From NCBI GenBank assembly GCA_051252135.1, contig JBPOGH010000001.1, forward strand, positions 384,001 through 448,000: a stretch of 64,000 bases of DNA. The letters run 5' to 3'. The notes below the pieces were generated by a model that was not told the origin of the DNA, did not search any database, and saw only the letters and a program-made list of their open reading frames with translations. A program made the translations under genes and the position numbers. The DNA is from Verrucomicrobiaceae bacterium (GTDB lineage Bacteria; Verrucomicrobiota; Verrucomicrobiia; Verrucomicrobiales; Akkermansiaceae). How positions within the stretch are numbered: the stretch's first letter is position 1; each line of letters starts with the position of its first letter. Below, piece by piece: positions 32,377 through 41,856 of this stretch.

Positions 32377-32829
32377 CTAAAGATTGATGATTCCCGCCCT
32401 GCGAACCCCGCATTGGGCCAGGCAGTTAAATAGATCCACGACCCTCTGATAATCCACCTGATCATCCAGACTTAAGATAACCGGAGCACTCTCCCCGCGT
32501 CCTGCCTTCAACATCTCCAATCGCTCAATCAAAATCGGGAGCTCTTTCCCTCCCCCGGCTTCCCCCACCACCTCCGGAAAATGATTGGGATTCAACGTAA
32601 TTCGCCCGTTGGCATCCAATCGAATAATTAACGGCGCCGAAGGAGATTCACTCACCAACCCCGGACCGGACATTCCGAAATCAAGGTCCATCTCCTGCAT
32701 CACAATCGTCGTGGTCACCAAAAAGTAAATCAGCAGCAAAAAACAAACATCGATCAAGGAGGAGACATCCAATTCGGGATCATCAGGCTCCAAATCACCG
32801 GGCACTTTTCCTTGAAATCGTTTCCTCAC
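32377..32829 (-). CDS. ExbD/TolR-family biopolymer transport protein
   Basis: [23 protein letters not shown] with the conserved Asp, and VDYQRVV. Confidence 0.85.
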   Translation of the reverse strand: MRKRFQGKVPGDLEPDDPELDVSSLIDVCFLLLIYFLVTTTIVMQEMDLDFGMSGPGLVSESPSAPLIIRLDANGRITLNPNHFPEVVGEAGGGKELPILIERLEMLKAGRGESAPVILSLDDQVDYQRVVDLFNCLAQCGVRRAGIINL

Positions 32830-32907
32830 AAATGGGAAACGTTTTCACCTCGAAAGTTCTTGGATCATTTCTTGCCCACCCCAGCCATATCCCTACCCTC
32901 TCCCTGC

Positions 32908-33696
32908 ATGAAAAGCGCAGCCTATTTGAAGGAGTTATTTGGCCTCGAGGGAAAAACCGCCGTCGTAATTGGAGGCACGGGAGAACTTTGCGGGCACATG
33001 GCCCTGGGCTTGGCAAAGGCCGGAGCAGAAGTCGTCCTCGTCGGTCGCAATGAAGACAAGGCCAATGCCAGATTGGCCGAGATCGAGGCTGCTGGCGGCA
33101 CCGGGTATTTCGCCGAAGCAGATGCCGGAGATCGCACCTCACTTAACGAATTGCTCAACTCCGTTGTCGAACAGTCCGGACAAGTCGACATCCTCGTCAA
33201 TGGCGCGGGAATCAACTCCCCAAGCCCTCTCGTCGAAATCACCGACGAAGAAGCTCATCGTATTCTCGATATCAACCTGATCGGTGTCCTTCGCGCCTGT
33301 CAGGTTTTCGGAAATTACTTCCTCAGCCGTGATGTCCAGGCGTCCATTATCAATTTGGGTTCCATTTCAGGACTCAACCCGCTTTCACGCGTCTTCACTT
33401 ACTCGGCCTCCAAGGCCGCCCTCCATAACCTGACGCGCAACATCGCCCGCGAATGGGCGGATCGTGACATTCGTGTGAACACTCTGGTTCCAGGTTTCTT
33501 CCCCGCTGAACAAAACCGCAAGGTGCTGGACGAATCCCGTATTGCCGACATCCTCCGCCACACTCCGGCCTCCCGCTTTGGAAGCCCCGAGGAACTGGTT
33601 GGAGCGACCCTTCTTCTGGCGTCCAATCGGGCCGGTGGTTTTATTACGGGTACCGAAATTGTTGTCGACGGTGGATTTAACTCTATGACGATTTAA
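32908..33696 (+). CDS. Short-chain dehydrogenase/reductase (sugar-acid oxidoreductase-like)
   Basis: [18 protein letters not shown] catalytic motif and PGFF. Confidence 0.88.
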   Translation: MKSAAYLKELFGLEGKTAVVIGGTGELCGHMALGLAKAGAEVVLVGRNEDKANARLAEIEAAGGTGYFAEADAGDRTSLNELLNSVVEQSGQVDILVNGAGINSPSPLVEITDEEAHRILDINLIGVLRACQVFGNYFLSRDVQASIINLGSISGLNPLSRVFTYSASKAALHNLTRNIAREWADRDIRVNTLVPGFFPAEQNRKVLDESRIADILRHTPASRFGSPEELVGATLLLASNRAGGFITGTEIVVDGGFNSMTI

Positions 33697-33727
33697 CGAT
33701 AACCTCCTCTTCTACCCCCAATCAATG

Positions 33728-33756
33728 AAGCCCGCGGCCAATCCGCGGGTTTTTTT
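33728..33756 (+). terminator. Rho-independent terminator
   Basis: CCCGCGG-CCAAT-CCGCGGG followed by TTTTTTT. Confidence 0.8.
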
Positions 33757-33840
33757 GTCGAAAAAAGCAGAACGAAGTGGATTTCAGCCCGAGTTGCTGT
33801 TAAGGGTAGATGTTCGGAAAAAAAATTTCCCAATACTCTT

Positions 33841-34431
33841 ATGCAGACAGCAAATGCGAACCCAAAAGTAGTCGTGACCGTGCGTCACGAAGAAATCACC
33901 GATTCACTCCGTGATTATGCCGAGAAAAAAATCCACGGCCTTCACTTGGACTACCCGAAGATAATCGAGGCCAAAGCGATCCTCGATGTCGAAGGCGGCC
34001 GCAGGCACAAAGCCGAAATCATCCTATTCTGCGCCAATCACATCGTGATCGACGCCTCCAGTGAAACCGAGGACATGTACAAGAGCCTCGATGAAACCAT
34101 CGACAAGATTGCTCGACGTATGCGGAAACACAAAACCCGCCTCCTCAAGAGACATCGCCCCAAGCCTGATGAAACGATCAAGTATTTCGACGAACGCTCC
34201 TACAAGAGCGACTTCCTCGACAACCTCCCCGAAGAGGTCATTGAAGAACCGGAGCCATTTTACGTTCATAAGGAACAATTCCGACTCCGCAAACTCTACA
34301 AGGAGGAAGCCATCATGGAACTCGACCTTACCGAAAGACCCTTCGTGGTATTTGAGAATGCTCGCCGTGGAGTAACCTCAATCGTCTGGCGCAAGCAGGA
34401 TGGGGATTATGGGATGGTCGACGTCTCCTGA
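33841..34431 (+). CDS. hpf: Ribosome hibernation promoting factor, long form
   Basis: ITDSLRDYAEKK and DMYKSLDETIDKIARRMRKHK, plus S30AE C-terminal domain EEAIMEL...FVVFEN...DGDYG. Confidence 0.88.
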   Translation: MQTANANPKVVVTVRHEEITDSLRDYAEKKIHGLHLDYPKIIEAKAILDVEGGRRHKAEIILFCANHIVIDASSETEDMYKSLDETIDKIARRMRKHKTRLLKRHRPKPDETIKYFDERSYKSDFLDNLPEEVIEEPEPFYVHKEQFRLRKLYKEEAIMELDLTERPFVVFENARRGVTSIVWRKQDGDYGMVDVS

Positions 34432-34449
34432 CTTCCTTAAAGTTTCGCC

Positions 34450-35223
34450 ATGGCGTTCTCCCATTCGGTTTGTCGTTGGTGCTTTGGTGAAACTCCCCTC
34501 CTTCAACTCGCCGATTGGTGTGTGGAGCTGGGGATAGCGGGGATTGATCTCCTCACTCCAAAAGAGGCCATGTCCATCAAAGGACATGGTCTTATTTGTC
34601 CTGTCTCAACGTTTCCCGAAAACTCCAATGGAATTGGAACGATCGAAAAGGCCTTTAATAAGCCCTCCCATCACAAACCGCTCCTGTCTCTCTACGAGGA
34701 ACTAATTCCCTCCGCTGCAGAAGCCGGCATCCCGCATGTCATCGTGTTCTCTGGAAACCGGGACGGAACATCCGACACTGATGGTCTGAATATTTGCGCC
34801 GAAGGCCTCTCACCCATCTTGGATCTGGCTGAGAAGCATGACATTAAGATCACCATGGAGTTGCTCAATTCTAGGGTTGATCACCCTGACTACCAGTGTG
34901 ACCACACCGAATGGGGCGTGGACCTTTGCCGACTTCTGGACTCCCCCCGCTTTGGACTACTCTATGACATTTATCATATGCAAGTCATGGAGGGCGACAT
35001 AATGGCTTCGATCAGGAAAAACTCCCAATTCATCAACCATTACCACACCGGGGGGTGCCCGGGGCGTAATGAACTCGATGAAACCCAGGAGCTTTATTAC
35101 CCCGCAATCATGGAGACCATCCGCTTAACGGGATTCAGCGGCTATGTCGCACAAGAATTCGTCCCCACCTGGGACGACCATAAGGCCGCCCTGGCGGATG
35201 CTGTAAAACGTTGCTCGATCTAG
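34450..35223 (+). CDS. Hydroxypyruvate isomerase-like TIM-barrel protein
   Basis: MELLNSRVDHPDY, LLYDIYHMQ, HYHTGG and PGRNE. Confidence 0.85.
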   Translation: MAFSHSVCRWCFGETPLLQLADWCVELGIAGIDLLTPKEAMSIKGHGLICPVSTFPENSNGIGTIEKAFNKPSHHKPLLSLYEELIPSAAEAGIPHVIVFSGNRDGTSDTDGLNICAEGLSPILDLAEKHDIKITMELLNSRVDHPDYQCDHTEWGVDLCRLLDSPRFGLLYDIYHMQVMEGDIMASIRKNSQFINHYHTGGCPGRNELDETQELYYPAIMETIRLTGFSGYVAQEFVPTWDDHKAALADAVKRCSI

Positions 35224-35843
35224 TCGTTACCACCGTGCCGCTGTTCTTCCTCAAGGAAGACTCGAGCAGCCTGGAAGCTACCCCGGGCAAACGCCCGAAG
35301 ACCGGCATCATCAAGCAATGCTAGACCTTCCTCGGTGACCTCGGAAAGATAGATCTTCCAGGCCTTCTTCTTGAGATGATCTTCGTCAACCGGTTGCTTG
35401 GGCTTTGAAGGCTCATTACCGCCTGTCCGACGAGACCGATTTCGTCCCCGCCCCCGTCCCCGTCCTTCTGACGATGCAGAATCAGACTCAGATTGTTCGG
35501 AACGACCGTCCGACCTTCTGTTATCTTCTCCATTGCCTTCAATTTTTTCTTCAGCTGGGTCAGAGGCGGCTCCTTGCTCGGGCTCGTCTGTTGGTGACTC
35601 GGACCGGGCATCCCGCACCTTCGATTTGGGTTCCCTGGTTTTCCTTCTATTATCACGCCGCTCGCCTTGATCTTGAGTTTCCTCATTACCGGTCTTCACC
35701 TCGGCTTTCGGTTCGTCAGGGACCAGAGGAAGACTCTGCTCCTCCGCTGGCGAGACTTCAGTTTGGACAGAGGCCTTTTTGGCCGACTTTTTGCGTGCGG
35801 ATTTACGCGCAGCTTTCTTCTTGGTTGGTTGATCTTCAGACAT
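35220..35843 (-). CDS. Hypothetical, largely disordered protein with small C-terminal helical domain
   Basis: K/A-rich N-terminus, acidic low-complexity middle, RG repeat and C-terminal KKAWKIYLSEVTEEGLALLDD. Confidence 0.7.
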   Translation of the reverse strand: MSEDQPTKKKAARKSARKKSAKKASVQTEVSPAEEQSLPLVPDEPKAEVKTGNEETQDQGERRDNRRKTREPKSKVRDARSESPTDEPEQGAASDPAEEKIEGNGEDNRRSDGRSEQSESDSASSEGRGRGRGRNRSRRTGGNEPSKPKQPVDEDHLKKKAWKIYLSEVTEEGLALLDDAGLRAFARGSFQAARVFLEEEQRHGGND

Positions 35844-35850
35844 GGGTCAG

Positions 35851-35879
35851 AAAAGGGGCGGGAGTATCGCTCCCGCCCC
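35851..35879 (-). terminator. Terminator-like hairpin after the pilin gene
   Basis: Perfect 10-bp stem GGGGCGGGAG/CTCCCGCCCC with 5-nt loop, followed by TTTT on the minus strand. Confidence 0.7.
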
Positions 35880-35904
35880 AAAAAGGGTTAAATAGGTAGT
35901 TTTT

Positions 35905-36456
35905 TTAGTTCCAGATATCGTCAACAGTCTCCTCGTTATCAAGATTACTGTCGACATTTAGATCAGAAGGGAGGCCATCCGGACCGATTGACCAAATATC
36001 AAAATCAGCGTTTCGGGCCATTGGGTCTTCGTTGCCTTCGATATCGACAGCTGAGCGATATCGGAAAGATTCCCCAAATCCATCGATGATGATTCTCTGA
36101 CCGTTATACTTTCCAATGAGATTGGATTTCTCTTTCAAAAGCTCCGGCCAGTAAATCTCGCCCTCCGGCTCACCTTCGAGCCTTCCGGTAAAGTCCCCCG
36201 AAAGGGCCTGATAGACCGGCATGCTCAGGACGTTCTCGCCCACCGGGTAAATCCCGTTGTTATCAGCCGCATAACTTTCGAGATGCATCGCTATATTCTG
36301 GCGATTCGTCCGGGTGAATTTCTCATCCTGGGACTTCTTGATCTTATTGACCGCGCCAATCACCAAAGTAGCAAGGATCACAATGATCACTACTACGGTA
36401 AGCAGCTCGACCAATGAGAAGCCCCTGCTGGGTCTGGTTTGAGGAAATTTTTTCAT
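35905..36456 (-). CDS. Type IV pilin/T2SS pseudopilin (GspG-like)
   Basis: Prepilin cleavage site RG/FSLVELL plus hydrophobic helix. GspG-like C-terminus DGFGESFRY...FDIWSIGPDG. Confidence 0.85.
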   Translation of the reverse strand: MKKFPQTRPSRGFSLVELLTVVVIIVILATLVIGAVNKIKKSQDEKFTRTNRQNIAMHLESYAADNNGIYPVGENVLSMPVYQALSGDFTGRLEGEPEGEIYWPELLKEKSNLIGKYNGQRIIIDGFGESFRYRSAVDIEGNEDPMARNADFDIWSIGPDGLPSDLNVDSNLDNEETVDDIWN

Positions 36457-36500
36457 CTGGGTAGTCCTTTCGTTATGAAAGATTAGCACAATTTCAGTGT

Positions 36501-37784
36501 TTACGCACCACCACTCTGCATCTGCTGAATCACTTTGATCAGCGGGAGGAAGAGCGCAAAAACAATTGCACCAACCACGAGGGCCAGAATCACAATCATT
36601 ACCGGTTCGAGAATCGATGTCAGAGCAGTCACAGCTCCATCCACTTCATCGTCATAAACATCAGCAATCTTCAAGAGCATCTCAGGGAGCTGACCGGTTT
36701 CCTCGCCCACATCCACCATGGACACCACGAGGTTGGGGAAGATTCCAGTCGATGTGAGAGGGGTCACAATGGATTCTCCCTCCTTTACCGCCTCATGAAC
36801 CTTATCGATGGCATTGGAAACAATCATGTTACCAGCGGTATCACGGGTGATATTGAGGGCTTGAAGGATCGGAACACCTGAAGTCACCAGAGTTCCCAGC
36901 GTCCGGGTAAAGCGGGCGATCGCGCTCTTCTGCTGAATATCACCGAAAATCGGGAGCTTCAATTTAAGATTATCCACAAAGAGACGTCCCTTCTTGGTAC
37001 GAGCCCAAGCAGTAGCGCCCAACCAAATCATCACCGCGCCACCCATAATCCAAACAGAGTTTGGTAGGATTAACGGTCTTGCCAGCATCCAGTCCGAGAA
37101 CCCGAAAACCACCCGGGAGATCAACGGAAGCTGCGAACCTCCCATGTCTGCAAACATGTCGCGGAACTTGGGGACAATGAAAAGCATCAGGAAGGTCAGA
37201 ATGGCTACCGCGATGAACATCACAATGACGGGATACACCATCGCAGACACGATCTTACCCTTCAGTTTATGGGCTTTCTCCTGATACTCAGCGAGACGCT
37301 TAAGAACCACCTCAAGCACACCACCAAGCTCACCGGCCTTCACCATGTTCACGAAGAGCTTGTTGAAAATCTTGGGGTGCTGTCCCAAGGATTCGGAGAA
37401 TGTGGAACCGCCCTGCACTGAATCGGCAAGCTTGTTAATCGTGGCCTTGAGCACGGGGTTTGGCTCTTGCTTACCAAGAACCGTAAGCCCCCTCAAAAGT
37501 GGAAGTCCGGAATCGATTAGGGTGGCCAACTGACGGGTAAAAATCATCAGGATTTTCGGCTTCACCTTGCCTCCGGTTTTCCCCTTTTTAACCTTTTTCT
37601 TGCCCTTGGCTCCTTTTTTGCCGGCTACCGCACTCAGCGAGCCCTTTCCCTCTTCAACAACCTGGGTTGGATAAAGGCCTTGCCCGCGGAGTGTTTGAAT
37701 CGCTTCGGCGTCGGATGCGGCTTGCACCACTCCGGTTGTCTGCTCGCCCCGAGCGTCCAGCGCAATATATTGGAAGTTTGCCAT
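36501..37784 (-). CDS. pilC: PilC/GspF inner-membrane platform protein
   Basis: FTRQLATLIDSGLPLL, AGELGG, SAMVYP and VGEETGQL. Confidence 0.9.
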   Translation of the reverse strand: MANFQYIALDARGEQTTGVVQAASDAEAIQTLRGQGLYPTQVVEEGKGSLSAVAGKKGAKGKKKVKKGKTGGKVKPKILMIFTRQLATLIDSGLPLLRGLTVLGKQEPNPVLKATINKLADSVQGGSTFSESLGQHPKIFNKLFVNMVKAGELGGVLEVVLKRLAEYQEKAHKLKGKIVSAMVYPVIVMFIAVAILTFLMLFIVPKFRDMFADMGGSQLPLISRVVFGFSDWMLARPLILPNSVWIMGGAVMIWLGATAWARTKKGRLFVDNLKLKLPIFGDIQQKSAIARFTRTLGTLVTSGVPILQALNITRDTAGNMIVSNAIDKVHEAVKEGESIVTPLTSTGIFPNLVVSMVDVGEETGQLPEMLLKIADVYDDEVDGAVTALTSILEPVMIVILALVVGAIVFALFLPLIKVIQQMQSGGA

Positions 37785-37884
37785 TAGAAATTAAGTGTGT
37801 TCGTTAGTTCTATTGAAGTTCGTACAGGGTTGGGAAGGTCGAAATCGAGAATTCTCTCCAGCGACCCCCTCGCCCCCATTGAGA

Positions 37885-39558
37885 TTAAGTATACTTGAGG
37901 ACCTCCTCGATCGTGGTTTTTCCTTCGTAGATACCGCGCAGACCGTCCTCTCTGAGGGTGGTCATTCCAAGTTCGATGGCCTTCTGCTTGAGCACCACAC
38001 TGGGCGCCCGTTCGATAATCAGCTCCCGAATCGGGTCGGTAACATCAAGCAGCTCAAAGAGACCTGCTCGACCTTTGTAGCCGGAGTTTCCACATTTCTT
38101 ACAGCCGCTTCCGGTGTAGAAGGACTTGTCTCCCAATTCGTGGGGGGACACCCCTAACTGGGCCAAAATCGCCTCACTGGGCTCATAGGGAGACTTACAC
38201 TCCTTACAAATCGTCCGAAGAAGTCGCTGCGCAAGAATCCCTTCCAGCGAGGCCGCCACCAGGAAAGGCTCGGAACCCATATCCACCAATCGCGTCACAG
38301 CGCCGGCAGCATCGTTGGTGTGAAGCGTTGAAAGCACCAGGTGACCGGTGAGTGATGCCTGAATTGCGATCTGCGATGTTTCAAAATCACGCATCTCCCC
38401 TACCAGAATCTTATCGGGATCCTGTCGAAGGAAGGCCCTGAGGACTCTTCCAAAGCTCAGCCCAATCGCTTCATTGGTCGGAATCTGAATGATCCCGTCC
38501 ACGTCATATTCCACCGGGTCTTCGGCGGTCAAAATCTTGGTGTCAATCCGGTTAATCTCACGCAAAGCAGCGTAAAGAGTGGTCGTCTTACCCGCACCAG
38601 TTGGTCCTGTCACAATAAAAATCCCATTGGGCTTATTCATCGTATCGACGACGTATTCGTGCACATGGGCAGGGAGACCAAGGGCCGGCAAATCAAGATT
38701 CACCGAGTTTCGATCGAGAACACGGAGAACCACGCTCTCTCCATATTGCGTCGGTAGCGAAGAGACACGCATATCGACATGCTGCTCTCCAATTTGCTTC
38801 ACGATCCGGCCGTCCTGAGGGACGCGGCGTTCCGCAATATTCATATTCGACATCACCTTAACCCGGGAAATAATGGGTAAAGCCAGATGCACCGGAGGGG
38901 GTGACATCTCGTAAAGTGATCCGTCAACGCGGTAGCGAATCTTAAATTCGCTTTCAAAAGGCTCAAAGTGGATATCGGAAGCTTTTTCCTTAATCGCCTG
39001 GAAAAGCACCAAATCAACATAACGCATAATTGGAGCCGAATTGGCCTCCTCTTCCAGAGCCCCTTCTCCTCCGTCGAAATTCAATCCCCCGTCAAGTTGA
39101 CTCAGGATGTCGTCCATCGCTTTCTCTTCTCCGCCATAGAGCTCATTGATTTTCTGCTCCACGATGTAATCGGGAGCGACAACGAGCTTAACCTCCTGGC
39201 CGATCGCAAAACGAAGATCTTCAAGAATTTGCGGATTCAGCGGATCTGTCAGGCAGACCGAAATCCCATTTTCATCATAAGTAACAGGAAGTGCTCCGTG
39301 CAAGCGTGCCATGCCTGCTGGAATAAGACTGAGAAGCGCTTCTGGAGGCTCAAAACCCTCCAAATCGACCAAATCCGTGCCCAATTCCTGGGCAATGACC
39401 GGCCAAATGTCGTCACGCTGGGAGATCACCTGGTAGTCGGCCAAAATTTCGCCAACTTCTTTTCCGCTACTACCGATTTCGGCCAGTACGTCTTGCGCCA
39501 AAGCTCCATCTACCATCCCGCGGCTGGTAAAAATATCGAGGACTTGTTGATTATCCAT
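37885..39558 (-). CDS. PilB/GspE assembly ATPase (copy 2)
   Basis: ASDIHFEP, GPTGAGKTTTLY, LRQDPD, TGHLVLSTLHTND and tetra-Cys motif. Confidence 0.92.
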   Translation of the reverse strand: MDNQQVLDIFTSRGMVDGALAQDVLAEIGSSGKEVGEILADYQVISQRDDIWPVIAQELGTDLVDLEGFEPPEALLSLIPAGMARLHGALPVTYDENGISVCLTDPLNPQILEDLRFAIGQEVKLVVAPDYIVEQKINELYGGEEKAMDDILSQLDGGLNFDGGEGALEEEANSAPIMRYVDLVLFQAIKEKASDIHFEPFESEFKIRYRVDGSLYEMSPPPVHLALPIISRVKVMSNMNIAERRVPQDGRIVKQIGEQHVDMRVSSLPTQYGESVVLRVLDRNSVNLDLPALGLPAHVHEYVVDTMNKPNGIFIVTGPTGAGKTTTLYAALREINRIDTKILTAEDPVEYDVDGIIQIPTNEAIGLSFGRVLRAFLRQDPDKILVGEMRDFETSQIAIQASLTGHLVLSTLHTNDAAGAVTRLVDMGSEPFLVAASLEGILAQRLLRTICKECKSPYEPSEAILAQLGVSPHELGDKSFYTGSGCKKCGNSGYKGRAGLFELLDVTDPIRELIIERAPSVVLKQKAIELGMTTLREDGLRGIYEGKTTIEEVLKYT

Positions 39559-39590
39559 CTTTTTAAAAGTTTATTGTTTCGATCTTCGGC

Positions 39591-41255
39591 TTATTCGGCA
39601 TCTGACATTGTCACCCCAATGACCTCTTCAGCAGAGGTTACCCCGGCAAGAACTTTTCGAATTCCATCCTCTCGCAAGGTGCGCATGCCCAACTCTCGGG
39701 CCCGACGTCTCAATTGTGGAGTGCTGAGGTTCTGGTTGATCAAATGCCGCACTTCGTCGTCGATCACAAACATCTCGAAAATTCCCAATCGTCCGCGATA
39801 TCCACCTCCGCGGCAGTTTTCACAACCTACAGGTCCCATGATGTTGCTATCAGCCATGAGAGCCGGATCGATATTGAGCATCCGAATCTCCTTCTCGGTC
39901 AGTTCAACCGGGGCCTTACACTTGTCACAGAGTTTTCGAACAAGACGCTGCGCAATAATTGCTCGCACCGCCGAGGCCACCAGGAATCTCTTGATCCCAA
40001 TATCCGCAAGTCGGGCCACCGCACTCGGCGCATCATTGGTGTGGAGGGTCGAGAACACCAAGTGACCGGTGAGAGCGGCGTTAATGGCGATCGTCGCAGT
40101 TTCAGCGTCTCGAATCTCACCAACCATGATGATGTTGGGCGCCTGTCGAAGCATCGAACGTAGGGCCGCAGCAAAAGTCATCCCAATGTCAGTTCGGACC
40201 ATGACTTGGTTAATCCCCGCCATTTCATATTCCACCGGGTCTTCCACGGTGATGATTTTCTTGTCGGGCTTGTTGATCTGATTCAGACAGGAATAAAGAG
40301 TAGTGGTTTTTCCGGACCCCGTGGGGCCGGTCACCAAAATAATGCCATCCGGCAATGCCACCAACTCTTTGAAAGTGTCTTGGTCATCTGAGAAGAATCC
40401 CAACTGCCCCAACCCAAGATTCAGCGCCGACTTATCCAGAATACGCATGACAATACTCTCGCCGTGATTACTGGGGACCGAGGAAACACGGAGATCGACC
40501 TCTTTTCCTCCCATCTTGACCTGAATTCGACCGTCCTGGGGGAGTCGCTTCTCCGCGATACTCATGGAGCCGCTCATCACTTTGAGTCGGGCTACGATCG
40601 CGGGCAGAAGCTTCTTTGGATGATTGGCGACTTCAACAAGCTTTCCGTCCAGTCGATTCCTAATTCGCAAACTGGTCTCAAGTGGCTCAATATGAATGTC
40701 ACTCGCGCGCATCTTGAAGGCGTCCACTAAAATTCCGGATACCATTTTAATAATTGGTGCATCCTGGTCCCCTTCCGCGCCCGAGTCTCCCACAACAGTG
40801 ATCGCATTGGAATCCACCTCTCCGGCTTCCTCGCCGTAGAGCTGGGTCATTGCGTGGGTGATGCCGGTGGGAGTTGCGGCATAGAAGGTAACTTCACGAC
40901 CCACAACGTGTGGAACCGAATCCAAAGTCTCAAAATCCAAAATATCCGCAACCGCTATACTCAAATAAGACCCGTCATCTGCAACCGGAACAGCATGGAA
41001 GCGCTTGGCATCGGCCAAAGTCATGCGACTCGCTAGTGTGGCATCAATGAACGCATTGCTTAGGTCGAGCATCTCGGCCCCGGCATTCGCCGCAGAAACT
41101 TGGGCGATAACGGTCTCATTGAGGTCACCGCGATCCAACATGAGTTGAATCGTATTTTCATCTCCCATCGCTTCGCGAAATTCCTGGACGTACGCGGCAT
41201 CAAGGTGCCCGGCTTCGACCAACAGCTGTATCAAGTAATCTTCGTTAGAATACAC
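39591..41255 (-). CDS. PilB/GspE assembly ATPase (copy 1)
   Basis: GTG start with GAGGA upstream. ASDIHIEP, GPTGSGKTTTLY, LRQAP, His boxes and tetra-Cys motif. Confidence 0.92.
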   Translation of the reverse strand: MYSNEDYLIQLLVEAGHLDAAYVQEFREAMGDENTIQLMLDRGDLNETVIAQVSAANAGAEMLDLSNAFIDATLASRMTLADAKRFHAVPVADDGSYLSIAVADILDFETLDSVPHVVGREVTFYAATPTGITHAMTQLYGEEAGEVDSNAITVVGDSGAEGDQDAPIIKMVSGILVDAFKMRASDIHIEPLETSLRIRNRLDGKLVEVANHPKKLLPAIVARLKVMSGSMSIAEKRLPQDGRIQVKMGGKEVDLRVSSVPSNHGESIVMRILDKSALNLGLGQLGFFSDDQDTFKELVALPDGIILVTGPTGSGKTTTLYSCLNQINKPDKKIITVEDPVEYEMAGINQVMVRTDIGMTFAAALRSMLRQAPNIIMVGEIRDAETATIAINAALTGHLVFSTLHTNDAPSAVARLADIGIKRFLVASAVRAIIAQRLVRKLCDKCKAPVELTEKEIRMLNIDPALMADSNIMGPVGCENCRGGGYRGRLGIFEMFVIDDEVRHLINQNLSTPQLRRRARELGMRTLREDGIRKVLAGVTSAEEVIGVTMSDAE

Positions 41256-41313
41256 GGCTTATCCTCAGTGTGCTTTACCTTAGTTTGTCAGTATGAACTC
41301 CCAAGGTTGATGA

Positions 41314-41342
41314 AGCTTGGTCAACGAGGTGAGACGTGTCAA
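41314..41342 (-). promoter_or_regulatory. Candidate sigma70 promoter of the pilus operon (TTGACA-N17-CAAGCT)
   Basis: Perfect -35 and 17-nt spacer, about 60 nt upstream of the GTG. The -10 is weak. Confidence 0.45.
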
Positions 41343-41403
41343 TGCGGCGAGCCAGAAAGAGGAAAAAAACAAATCCAGATCATGCTCGACTTTGTGCCGG
41401 CCT

Positions 41404-41856
41404 TCATTTCAACCACTCAAAAAACTCCTCCAAAAGCTCCTCCTGCCGTTGGGACATTTTCCTGGAGTCCGCGGCACTCCGGTCATCAAACCCCGCCAAA
41501 TGAAGCATTCCGTGAATCCCATACAGCGCAATCTCCCTTAGGCCCGAACTCCCATAGGCCGCAGCTTGCCGTTCCGCCACTTCCACTCCTATTAGCAATT
41601 CTCCATGATCAAAGGTAATGACATCAGTCGTGGAATCATCACCTAAAAATTCAAGATGAACCCGCGACATATCGGAATCGTCAAGTAATGAGACCTCAAG
41701 ACCATCAAGATCGCAGATCGTTCCCACCCCAATCTCCCGGAGACGAATCAATACGCCACTCCATCCCCCTACCAGTCGCTCCAAAAGATCAGCGCCGAAA
41801 GAACAGGATTTCGAAAAGTTCCCAAGCTCAATCATCTCGCCGCCACTTTCTCTCAT
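41404..41856 (-). CDS. ybeY: rRNA maturation endoribonuclease YbeY
   Basis: TTDVITF and IHGMLHLAGFDD metal motif (last His replaced by Asp). Coupled to the 7TM-HD gene. Confidence 0.85.
   Translation of the reverse strand: MRESGGEMIELGNFSKSCSFGADLLERLVGGWSGVLIRLREIGVGTICDLDGLEVSLLDDSDMSRVHLEFLGDDSTTDVITFDHGELLIGVEVAERQAAAYGSSGLREIALYGIHGMLHLAGFDDRSAADSRKMSQRQEELLEEFFEWLK

Noticed and set aside
38968..40065. 365-aa plus-strand ORF spanning the two pilB genes
   Set aside because: It is antisense to two well-conserved ATPase genes and has no recognisable protein features.
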